Below, in pieces: positions 52,480 to 64,000 of a DNA stretch of 64,000 nt. The notes under the pieces were generated by a model, which worked only from the letters and a program-made list of their open reading frames with translations, searched no databases and was not told the origin of the DNA. Each line of letters begins with the position of its first letter. The first letter of the stretch is position 1. A program made the translations under genes and the position numbers. The stretch is from the human T2T-CHM13v2.0 reference genome, Homo sapiens. The stretch lies in the NCBI RefSeq assembly GCF_009914755.1, contig NC_060928.1, one strand, 5' to 3'.

Positions 52480-54425
52480 GTAAAACGAATACTATGAAGT
52501 AAGAATAAAAATTAACCACTGTTCCTAACATTAAAAAAATGTTTATCAAACTTGGAATAGAAAGGGCTTTGTCTGATTTGATAAAGGATGTCAACAAAAA
52601 AAGAAAAAAATACAGAAAATGACATACTTCATGGTGATGTGCCAGACAGAACTTACATTTTATGAAGGGAAATTAGATAAGAAGGCTTATTTATCACCTC
52701 TTCTATTCAATGATGTACTTGAAGTTCCATTCATGTAAAGGAAAAAGATATTTTAGGAAATGGAAAGAACAAATAAAACAATATTCTCCAAAGACATAAC
52801 ATTGAAAGCAGAACATCTAGAAATACAAATAAATTATTGGCATTTTTATGTTAGTAAATTTAGTAGGATTGTCAGGTATAAGGTCAACATACAAAAGTGT
52901 GCATATTATGCACCTAAAAATAAATAGAAATAAATTAGGGAAATACAACATTTAAAATAACATCTAAAAGCATCATTTACATAGGAAAAACTGTATTCAG
53001 AAAAACATAAAGTACTACTAAGCAATGTTAATGGCCTAAATAAAGGTAAAGATGCACCATGTTTATGGGTTGATCAGCTCAATATGATAAAGATACCATT
53101 ATTTTCAAAAAAATTAAAAGAGCGTAATCCTAAACAAAACCTCATTGTTTGTGCGTGGATTTTTTATTTGCTTGTTTGTTTGTTTGTTTGGCTAGCTATC
53201 AGCAAGCTCTTTCTGAAATTTATTTGGGGACTTAAAGAATAGCTAAAACAATCTTGAAAACAAATAATGGGGCAAGGGGAGTTTACTTTCTTGATTGTAA
53301 AGACTTTTTATGAAACCATATTAAGTTACTGTGTTACGGGTACCAGGACTGAAGAGTAGATCAGTGGCAAAGAATAAAGAGCTTAAAAACAGGCAGCTAT
53401 AAAAAAGACAACGGATTTTTGACAAAAGTAGCATAGTAATGAAAAAAGGTTAGTCATCTAATAAATTTCAATAAATGTTATATGAAAAACAAATGGCATT
53501 TGACACTTACTCCACACCATACACAAATCAATTCCCAGTCCAATATATATGTAAATTTGAAAGCTAAACCAATAAAGCTTATAGAAGGTGTTAGAGGAAA
53601 TACGGTCATTTTCTTGGGGTAAGCAAACATTTCTTGAACAGTACACAAACACTTGCATATGTAAACACCTGTAAAGAAATAGGCTGATAAATTAGACTAC
53701 ATTAAAATGAACTTCTTTTTATCAGAGCAGTGAAAAAAAGTAACAGAAGGGAGAATAACTACAACTCACAGATAAAAGTTCCCATATCCATAAAATAAGA
53801 AGGACTTTTATTAATCCATATTTTTAAATAAGGGAGAATTATCAATCAAAATATATAAGGGACATGTATTGGCATTTTACAAAAGACAATATCCAAATAG
53901 CCCATAAGTATGAAAAGGTTCTAACCTTTTTTTTTGAGATGGAGTCTCGCTCTGTCGCCCAGGCTGGAGTGCAGTGGTGTGATCTCAGCTCACTGCAAGC
54001 TCTGCCTCCTGGGTTCACGCCATTCTCCCGCTTCAGCCTCCTGAGTAGCTGAGACTACAGGCGACCGCCACCACGCCCTGCTAATTTTTTTGTATTTTTA
54101 GTAGAGACGGAGTTTCCCCATGTTAACCAGGATGGTCTCGATCTCCTGACATCATGATCCGCCCGTCTCGGCCTCCCAAGTTGCTGGGATTACAGGTGTG
54201 AACCACCGTGCCCTGCCAGTTCTAAGCTTTTTTACCATTAATATTAAAGCTATATTTCATATTAAGAACCTAAAATAGCAATGCAATTAGCTCATCAGAA
54301 TGGTAACCATTAAAATGATAGGTAATACCTAGTCTTGATGAGTCTGTGAAGTTACTGAAACTTTCTAGTGTATGGGGGAACAAGTACTTTGGAATATAGA
54401 TTATCATTCTCCTAAATTTGAATAC
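52480..54425 (+). mobile_element. Old L1M ORF2 remnant, interrupted by AluY
   Basis: 'aaacttggaatagaaaggg', 'ggtataaggtcaacatacaaaa', 'ccatgtttatgggttg', 'ccacaccatacacaaatcaattc'. Confidence 0.75.
53927..54217 (-). mobile_element. AluY
   Basis: 'gggttcacgccattctcc' and 'caggatggtctcgatctcctgac'. TSD gttctaa(c/g)cttttt. Confidence 0.95.
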
Positions 54426-54497
54426 AGTCTGGAAGGCAGTAGGTGTTGAATGAATGGATGAAAGTCACATCACATTTCACAATTTAAGTGCGTAATA

Positions 54498-54821
54498 CAG
54501 TGGTCCCCAACCTTATTGACACCAGGTACCAGTTTCATGGAAGAACATTTTTCCATGGATGGGGGGATGAGGTAATCATTTTGAGATGAAACTGTTTCAC
54601 TTCAGATCATCAGTCATTAGATTCTCATAAGGAGCACACAACCTAGATTTCTGGCCTGTGCAGTTCACAATAGGGTTTGCACTCTTGCACTCCCGTGAGA
54701 ATCTAACGCGGCTGCTGATCTGACAGGAGGTTGAGTTTGGGCGGTAATGTTGGTCTTGCTGACCACTCAGCACTCATCTCCTACTGTGTGTTCCATTTCC
54801 AAGAAGGGTTGGGGACCCCAG
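54498..54821 (+). mobile_element. MER1B (hAT-Charlie)
   Basis: TIRs cagtggtccccaacc and ggttggggaccccag, internal 'cattagattctcataaggagc'. Confidence 0.85.
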
Positions 54822-54891
54822 CTCTACATCATTAGTCATAAGGAAAATCCAAGTAAATACCAATATAGAAATCAATAAGCAAGTGCTTTTT

Positions 54892-55233
<342 letters not shown>

Positions 55234-57624
55234 GCAAGTGCTTTTAATTCCTGTAGACATATAATCTAAACAACAACAACAAAACAGAAGTAAAACCAAA
55301 GAACCCCTAATGAAAGGGTGGGAGGAGAAGAGGAGTAATACAGATAACTTGTTTTACTTAAGAAGTGTTATCTTGTTGGCCACAATAAATATTGCTTTTT
55401 TTCCACCATTTTTTAGTAGTATTAGTTTTGCTAATTTCAAAAAAGAAATTAGCAGAACTGTACATGATGTTGACAGCGGAAAATGAAATAAACTGCTTAG
55501 ATTTCATATTTTAAAATAATACAGAGGGAAGGAATAATAATTGTGGTAAGAAGCATTATATAGAAAGTGATTTGGAAAATTCTTCCAGATTTATATTAAT
55601 AATGCTGTCTATGTACTCTCCTAGAGGAAAATGATAATTAACTAAATGCTTTCATGCAGAGAGCAGCAAAAATTTTATTGGCTATCCTATCCTTTAACAA
55701 TATTCATGGCTTTCTATCCAGACTTCACGAAGCAAGAGCTTCCTCAGTTTTCTATAAAGTCATTGGCAAATCACTCCCAGGAAGAGACAGGGATCATTGT
55801 TTTTTAAAAACCAATTGCTTTTTGCAAAGTCCTGCATCTTTATCTTAGTTAATCTTCTCACCAATCTTGCAAGATAGATTTATTACCTCCATTTTGTAAA
55901 TAGACAGGGTATATTATTTGCCAAAGTTGAAATGGAAAATGAATGGCAGAGCCTGTAAGTTAACCCAAGCTTATATGATTCTATTTCAAAAGTTCTTTCT
56001 GCTCTGCCACACAGCCAGTTAAATAATAGGTAGAAATAAATGGTGTCAAGTATAGGAGAGGGAGAGCAGGAGGAACTTATAGATAATCTAACCTCCGTGG
56101 AATAATGGGATGGCCTTGAAGGAAAGGTTAATTTTAAACTTGATTTGGAAGGAAAAGATTATTAAAAGTGGGGCATTAAAATATTCTCTAGGGCATTCAC
56201 CCTTCTAGATTATGCACTCAACTTGTAATGTAATTTTTATAGCATAATTAACAGGTATGTTCAAGTTAGGGAAAGTTACCCTTACAGAAAAATATATTGT
56301 TTAGCTCCTGATTGGACTTTGAGAACCTCAAGTTCATGGTTAAGATTTTTGTTAAAATTTAACCCCCAAAATGTGGTTTAAAGGCAAATTTGAGGGAAAG
56401 TCACGGCAACAGCATCAATTTGTGTTTACACAGCTGTGTCTGTGTCTATTGTTAGACACCAGATAATTACATCCCTTATGTTTATAGATGTAGAGAGACA
56501 TATTATCTCTCAAGCAAAATGTTTAATATAATTCAGTAATAAAACTTTCAAATAAAATCAAATCTAGACTTAGAAAGAGAGAATTTATAAGAAAGGATTA
56601 TTACAATATTGAGAAAGGGACTCTTCTAATAGGGGAAGGGAGACTGTTGTAACAGGGAGATGGACAAGCATCTCAAAGGCCAGGAACAAAAGGGATTTTC
56701 TATTATAGGAAGGGACAAACCAAGCTAGAAAGAAAGGGATTTAGGAAGAGGATGGCATGACTTAAGGACAGTTCATCAGTGAATGTCACAGTTTTTCTCT
56801 GTTTCTTTTGTTTCATAAAAAGTTAACAAATGGAATAGATAGGTATACAATTTAAGGCTGATGCTCTTTATAGCTTGCTTAAAAAAGAGGTAGTCATTGT
56901 TGAAGTTTTTCAGATGTTAAACTACAAACTTAAATATATTACCTCAAACAATTGTTCACATTCCAAAGAAGCCTATTGCATCCTATAGCTCACAAAATTA
57001 ATTTAGCCAAAGCCAACTCTTTTGAATCATTTTGTGACATTTATGCTGAGAAGAAATGCTTTTCTCTATTTTTTCTTTTCGAACAATTTTATTACAATTT
57101 TTACTGGGAATTGTAGATTCCACATGTAATACAAAACAATATCTAATGAGCTCCTGAAATAATACCTTTGTCATTCAGATCTCTGAAGGAAGTTGCTGTT
57201 AGAATATCATGTGATGTGCAATTCTGAGACTGTGAAAAGGAAGCAAGTACAGAAGAATTGTGAATTTATAAGAGAATTTAAGCCGTACATGTTATTACAA
57301 ATTGAAAAAGAACCTTGCATCTTGAAATGTTAAAGTTCCAGGGTCCAATTCATCTAATTCTTATTTTAATATGCTTGCCAACACATTCTATTCCTGTGTG
57401 GAATCAAACTTTAAAGCAAACTGCAACACAACAGTGTGTTAAATGTCAATAGTTGATAGCTATCAAATAATTATATTTATAATAACATTCTAACAATTTA
57501 ATACAAGATAGATTGTTATTGCTTCTTGCCCTCCAAAGCAGTTAACACTTACTCTAAAAAATGATCTAGAGAAATAGGCAAAGAAAATGGAGTAAAGAGA
57601 AGATACAATAGAAACACATCTAAG

Positions 57625-57760
57625 AATGTATATATCTTCTCTCTCTATATATATGTATCTTATCTCTCTATATATACATATGTGAGTGTGTGTATATACA
57701 CATATGTGTGTATATACATATATATATCACTTATATATACATATATATTATATATATCAC
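57625..57760. repeat. (TA)/(TG)/(TC) compound microsatellite
   Basis: Direct observation. Confidence 0.85.
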
Positions 57761-57844
57761 TCTTTATTTCACATTTGGATATTAAGTTTTGGTCCAAGTG
57801 TTGAGTTATACAAAATAAATGTCATAATTATTTATGGAAGAAAA

Positions 57845-58753
57845 AATAATGCAACTGACCTTAAGGATTTGATTGTTGCATTAATGGAGACTCCGGAACA
57901 AAATAAATTTTCTACGATGTGTCAAAGTGTAAGTAATGTTACTGTAAAAATAAGCTTCATTTTCTTGTTTATTTTTATACAGAGGACTAATCAAGTAATA
58001 ACACATGATTATTTTGTATGAAATCAAAAGAGGTGTCAAGAAATACTCTTTCCTCCCAGAAGCAAATAATTAAAATGGAGCTGGATTGTTGGGGAGATTG
58101 GCTGAGGCAAAAATGCAGAGGCTATGTGAGTAAAATAAACCATCTATAGGAATTGGAGGACTAAGAATAAATGAACTTGAATGAATAGACTGGCCCAGTT
58201 CATTCCCTAAATATGTCTTACCTTCTGGTTTTTACTTTCTGCCAATCATTTAATGAGCTACTTATTTCAATATTGCAACAATATTTGCTACAAGTACTCC
58301 CCGAATTTTTCTCTTTAAACAACAAATTATATAAAAAAATTTATCTATTTGCAATTCATATCTATCATGCAATTCATTATTACATCATATAACTTTAGTG
58401 TGCATGTTGACTTTCGATTTGCTATCTTAATGTTATATACACTAGGGATCATCACAACAGTTTCCTCTAAGACTGAAACACAAAGTGTGGGAAAATTTAT
58501 CTGAAGAATAAAATGATAATATTTTGGCATTCAGTTTGTGAAAATCATCTAAAAAATTTTAAATTTAAAATGCATTTGTACTTAAACCAACTATATTTTA
58601 CAACAATAACTTATAATCTCACACCAGATTTTAAAATCTAGGCAACCGATAAAAATCAGTAATTACATTGTTGACATTATACCATTTCAGGGGCAGTTAC
58701 CATTGCTTTTTCTCACTTTTAAGTTTACAATAATTTTATTTAACAGATTAAAA
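57845..58753 (+). repeat. Long inverted repeat, left arm (909 bp)
   Basis: Reverse complement of 59737-60643. Mirrored ORFs 58345-58530(-) and 59959-60144(+) differ by 2 aa. Confidence 0.98.
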
Positions 58754-58968
58754 AAACAAAGTTCTAGAGAGGTCATGAAGCCAATAAAAATCATATAACA
58801 AAAGGAGAAGTTAAGATTTAAATCAAGAAAGGTCTGACCATGAAACTTAGGCTTTTATTAATTAAACTTAAATTCTGTCTGTTAACACTAACTAATTTTC
58901 TCCTATTCTAGAAGATCAACAAAAATAGATTTTTAGTAACAAAATTCTATCAAAACAGGTTTTATTTT

Positions 58969-59284
58969 CCCAATTTTTATTTATGATCCAGTGGGTAGAC
59001 GTGTATGTTTGTAACCTAGGTATATTGCCTGATGCTGATGTATGGGATATGAATGATCCCATCACCCAGGTACTAAGCATAGTACCCAACAGTTAGTTTC
59101 TCAGCCCTTGCAACATTCCCTCTCTCCCCCCTCTAGGAGTACCTAGTACAGCAACGTGGATGCAGCTGGAGACCATTATCCTAGCCAAATTAATGCAAGG
59201 ACAGAAAACCAAATACAGCATGTTCTCATGTATAAGTGGGAGCTAAATATTGAGTACTCATGGACATAAAAATGGCAACATAGT
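58969..59284 (-). mobile_element. 5'-inverted (twin-primed) LINE-1 3' fragment
   Basis: Antisense 3' UTR ~58969-59147 followed by a sense segment ~59148-59284 that is adjacent in the consensus. TSD aggtttta(t/a)ttt. Confidence 0.88.
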
Positions 59285-59736
59285 AGGTTTTAATTTATCC
59301 TCATAATCACCAAAATATTACTTTCTCATTGTACGGATAAGTTTACAAGATTGAAATAACATGAGGACTTATTCAGCTTTCCAATTTGTAAAGCATTAAG
59401 TGACAACCCTAGATAGAAGCTCATGACATCTAATTTAGCCCTAATACCACAGTGTTAATTTAAAATTGGACTTGCCTTAGGCATGGCTCACCTGGATTCT
59501 CAAAGATTATTTTACAAAAAAAAATTTTATAGCTACATTATTTCTCATTCTCCAGCAAACATTTAATATACAGAAATTTTTAAAAATTAATTAACTTTGC
59601 AGATAATAATCAATAACCGATTATATGTAAAATACTTCATATTATTTTTACTGTGTAACCAAAATTAGTTCTAAAAGCAAGTAATAGTTTATCCAATATA
59701 ACACAGAGCGCTGAGGATCAGAAACACTAAGCACTA

Positions 59737-60643
59737 TTTTAATTTGTTAAATAAAATTATTGTAAACTTAAAAGTGAGAAAAAGCAATGGTAACTGCCCC
59801 TGAAATGGTATAATGTCAACAATGTAATTACTGATTTTTATTGGTTGCCTAGATTTTAAAATCTGGTGTGAGATTATAAGTTATTGTTGTAAAATATAGT
59901 TGGTTTAAGTACAAATGCATTTTAAATTTAAAATTTTTAGATGATTTTCACAAACTGAATGCCAAAATATTATCATTTTATTCTTCAGATAAATTTTCCC
60001 ACACTTTGTGTTTCAGTCTTAGAGCAAACTGTTGTGATGATCCCTAGTGTGTATAACATTAAGATAGCAAATCGAAAGTCAACATGCACACTAAATTTAT
60101 ATGATGTAATAATGAATTGCATGATAGATATGAATTGCAAATAGATAAATTTTTTATATAATTTGTTGTTTAAAGAGAAAAATTCGGGGAGTACTTGTAG
60201 CAAATATTGTTGCAATATTGAAATAAGTAGCTCATTAAATGATTGGCAGAAAGTAAAAACCAGAAGGTAAGACATATTTAGGGAATGAACTGGGCCAGTC
60301 TATTCATTCAAGTTCATTTATTCTTAGTCCTCCAATTCCTATAGATGGTTTATTTTACTCACATAGCCTCTGCATTTTTGCCTCAGCCAATCTCCCCAAC
60401 AATCCAGCTCCATTTTAATTATTTGCTTCTGGGAGGAAAGAGTATTTCTTGACACCTCTTTTGATTTCATACAAAATAATCATGTGTTATTACTTGATTA
60501 GTCCTCTGTATAAAAATAAACAAGAAAATGAAGCTTATTTTTACAGTAACATTACTTACACTTTGACACACCGTAGAAAATTTATTTTGTTCCGGAGTCT
60601 CCATTAATGCAACAATCAAATCCTTAAGGTCAGTTGCATTATT
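59737..60643 (-). repeat. Long inverted repeat, right arm (907 bp)
   Basis: Reverse complement of 57845-58753. Confidence 0.98.
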
Positions 60644-60682
60644 ACCCTGAGTTAAAAGTTATTAAATAGATATATATTTTTA

Positions 60683-60687
<5 letters not shown>

Positions 60688-60714
<27 letters not shown>

Positions 60715-60831
60715 TAGAGGTAGAGTCTAGCTACGTTGACCAGGCTGGTCTTGAACTCCTGGGCTCAAGTAACTCTCCCATTTTGGCCTTCCAAAGTGCT
60801 GGGATTATAGGGGTGAGCTGCCACACTTGGC
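60688..60831 (-). mobile_element. Alu left monomer (FLAM-like)
   Basis: Poly-T then 'gtagag...caggctggtcttgaactcctgggctcaag...ccaaagtgctgggatta'. Confidence 0.9.
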
Positions 60832-60884
60832 GTTTTGAATACATATTTAACCCATTTCTTCTACGTGTTAAAGCAAAATCTCTT

Positions 60885-61615
60885 ATATCAGACTGTATTC
60901 CAGAAAAGTTTGCAGGCAGGAAGACCAGTCAGGAGGTTGTTTGGTAGTCTAGGTGAGAGGGAATAGTATTCCGATCATGCACATTCATCATGGGTAATAA
61001 AGAGAATGAGTAATATTTAGGACATAAAAGCACAAAAATTTGTAAAACAGATGTAATGATTAAGAGACAGACAGCAGTAAAGGATTTGCTAGAGGTGAAA
61101 TTGAGTGTTTAGTGGTGCTGACAAATTAGAAAAAGCATGAAACAAGAAAGAAAACGTATAAGGGAAACATCAAACATCAGTTCAGGTTGTAGTGATGGAA
61201 GAAAAATCTTGACTGAAGTGGATTTAAAAGAAAATGGAATAAAATGAATTGGAGACAGTGAGTTCAGAAAAATGTTTCAAGATTATCAAATAACAGGACA
61301 ATAACCATCAGAGGAAGTTAAGTCATCAATATTTATGTTTATTTCTAAAGATGGTAGAAATGATAGTGCTATGTTGATACCAATGATCCAACAGGTATTA
61401 GAAAACTGATGTTGCATAAACAGAAAAGGAGAATTATTAGATGCATTTATATGATAAAGGCAGAGGAAGGAATCTAGTGATCAAGTGGAGGGTCTGGCTT
61501 TTAAAAAGACCATATACACTTTATTTAGTTGATGTAATTGAAATAGTTTAAATGGTGTGAAAGCTGAGTAAAGTATGAAGATGTATTTGCTGGTAGGAAG
61601 AAGTAAAGTCAGTGA
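60885..61615 (-). mobile_element. LINE-2 fragments
   Basis: 'ggaagaccagtcaggaggttg...gtctaggtgagag' and 'gactgaagtggatttaa' L2 antisense motifs. Confidence 0.55.
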
Positions 61616-61625
61616 GTATGTAGAA

Positions 61626-61852
61626 CAAAGATCAACAATCTACTGCCCATATGCCAAAACCATCCTACCAATGACTTTTGTAAATAAACTATTGTTGGAA
61701 CAAAGCCAAGCCTGTTCATTTCCACAATGTCTATGGCTGCTGTTTTCATATTACAACAGAAGACTTGAGTAGTTGGAATGGAGACTGTATGGACTTCAAA
61801 GCCAAAATTAGTTGCTATCTGGCCCTTTACTAAAAAAGTGTGATGACATCTG
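61626..61852 (+). mobile_element. MER58A (hAT-Charlie)
   Basis: 'tttgtaaataaactattgttggaaca...ctatggctgc...agagactgtatgg'-like and 'ctatctggccctttac'. Confidence 0.8.
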
Positions 61853-62389
61853 AAATAGATTTTTCTTTTCAGAAGTTGGACTTCTAGTGGGTAAAGAAAC
61901 TTGATAATTAGTAGGAATGATATGAGGTCAAGAGACCCTTTTTTCTTTTGTTTGATTGCATTTAAAGAAAAATATATCAACTTATGGCTTGAAAAGAAAA
62001 GGAAGTGAATAAAGAAATCTAGATGATACCAATAATATATAATAGATGGAAAAGAAAATTCTGTAAGAATATAGAGACTGGGTTTTTAAGGGGAGATTGC
62101 AGCAGCACACAGACTATCAAAATGACAAATGAAAGGAAATCTATGCATCCCTCAGTTGGGATACAGACATTCCCTCATGTCAAATAGGATCATTTCCATT
62201 TTAAATACCCAGCAGATTTTTGTTATTGATTTATTTGTTGTTTTAAAGCTGAACATTTTGGTTTATTAGGAAAGTTTAAAAAGTTATTTTTATGTAATCC
62301 CTTTGTGTACATACTTAAAATTATCTTCAGCTTCCAGCCTCATTTTTAAAGGAAATTATTTTAATATGTTATCATCTTTAAACAGCTTC

Positions 62390-64000
62390 CTTTAAATTTT
62401 TATTTTAGGTTCATGGGTACATGTGCATGTTTGTTACATAGGTAAACTGTGTGTTATGGGGACTTGGTGTACAAATTATTTAATCATCCAGATAATAAGC
62501 ATAGTACCTGATAATAAGCATAGTTTTTTGACCCTCTCTTTCCCCAACTCTTACCCTCAGGTAGGCTCCAGTGTCTGCTTTTCCTCTTTTTGTGTTCATA
62601 TGTACTCAATGTTTAGCTCCCACTTATAAGTGAAAACATATGGTATTTGGTTTTCTGTTCCTATGTTAGATGGCTTAGGATAACTCCATCCATGTTTCTG
62701 GAAAGGACATGATCTTGTTAATTTTTACAGCTGTGTAGTATTCCAGGGTATATGTTTACCACATTTTCTTTGTCCTGTCTACTATTAATGGACATTTAGG
62801 TTGATGTGTTTGCTATTATGGATAGTGCTGTGATGAATCACACTTGCATGTGTCTTTATGGTAGAATAATTTACATTCCTTTGGGCTTATACCCAAGAAG
62901 AAGATTGCTGGGTCAAATGGTAATTCTGTTTTAAGTTCTTTGAGGAATCACCACACTGCTTTCCATGATGGCTGAAATAATTTACATTCCCACCAGCAGT
63001 GTATAAGCATTCCCTTTTCTCCACAATCTTGCCAGCATCTGTTATTTTTTGACTTCTTAGGAAGAGCCAATATGACTGGTGTGAAATGGTATCTCATTGT
63101 GGTTTTGATTTGCATTCCTGTAATGATTGGTGATGCTGAGCATTTTTTTTCATATGCTTGTTAGCCTTATGAATGTCTTCTTTTAAAAAATGTCTGTTTA
63201 TGTCATATGCCAACTTTTTAATGGCGTTAGTTGTTTTTTGCTTGTGAATTTGTTTCACTTCCGTATATATTCTGGATATTGGACCTTTGTTGGATGCATA
63301 GTTTGAAAATACTTTCTCCCATTCTGTATGTTGTTTGTTTACTCTGTTGATAGTTTTATTTTGTTGTGCAGAAACCATTTAGTTTAATTATGTACGATTT
63401 GTCAATTTTTGTTTTCACTGCAATTGCTTTTGGCATCTTCATCATAAAATCTTTGCAGGGTTCCTGTGTTCACAATGGTATTTCACAGTTATCTTCCAGG
63501 GTTTTTGATCATTTTAAGGTTAACATTTAAGTCTTTAATCCATCTTGAGTAGATTTTTGTATATGGTGTAATAAAGTGGTCCAGTTTCAATCTTCTGCAG
63601 ATAGCTCACCAATTGTCCCAATGACATTTATTGAATAGGAAATCCTTTCCTCATTGCTTGTTTTTTTTGCCAATTTTCTTGAAGATCAGATCATTGTAGG
63701 TGTATGGCATTATTTCTGATCTCTCTATTGTGTTTCATTGGTTTATTTGTCTGTTTTTTGCACCACTGCCATGCTGTATTGTTTTCTGTAGCCTTTTAGT
63801 ATAGTTTGAAGTCAGGTAACATGATGCCTTCTGCTTTGTTCTTTTTGCTTAGGATTGCCTTGGTTATCTTGATTCTATTTTGGTTCCATGTGAATTTTGA
63901 AAATTTTTTTTTCTAATTCTGTGAAGAATCTCATTGGAGGTTTCATACAAATAGCATTGAATCTGTAAATTGCTTTGGGCAGTGTGGCCATTTTAACAAT
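62390..64000 (-). mobile_element. LINE-1 (older L1PA) 3' UTR and ORF2 C-terminal region, running off the window
   Basis: ORF 63094-63378(-) is L1 ORF2-like ([16 protein letters not shown]), preceded by an antisense 3' UTR. Confidence 0.95.

Noticed and set aside
57454-57467. Perfect 14-bp palindrome ttgatagctatcaa
   Set aside because: Several are expected by chance in 64 kb of AT-rich DNA.
58345-60144. Twin 61-aa ORFs (MPKYYHFILQ...) suggesting a duplicated small gene
   Set aside because: They are a by-product of the inverted duplication. No homology, promoter or splicing support is visible.
57845-60643. Inverted repeat as the TIRs of a DNA transposon or foldback element
   Set aside because: No TSD outside the outer ends and no transposase. 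Near-identity is incompatible with the long extinction of DNA transposons in anthropoids, barring conversion.

Overview
AT-rich primate (very probably human) intergenic or deep-intronic DNA. I see no recognisable cellular protein-coding exon, RNA gene or CpG island, and the ORF track is almost entirely repeat-derived or spurious. The dominant element is a full-length, coding-defective HERV-E (LTR2B-type) provirus at 39245-47993 (+). It has both LTRs, a tRNA-Glu PBS, gag-pro-pol-env relics and a 4-bp TSD, and it integrated inside an Alu. The rest is a mosaic of L1, Alu, L2, MIR, solo LTRs (MER52, MaLR, LTR33-like) and DNA transposons (Tigger2, MER1B, MER58A, MER94, MER5, MER20), plus an AT-rich minisatellite. 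The most unusual structure is a ~908-bp, ~99%-identical inverted duplication of apparently unique sequence (57845-58753 and 59737-60643). Its 983-bp spacer holds a twin-primed L1, and its junctions carry microhomology. Smaller rearrangement scars include an 83-bp long duplication flanking an LTR, a candidate L1 3' transduction and a templated insertion. Repeat family names come from my recall of consensus sequences, and mismatch counts were made by eye. Neither has been checked computationally.
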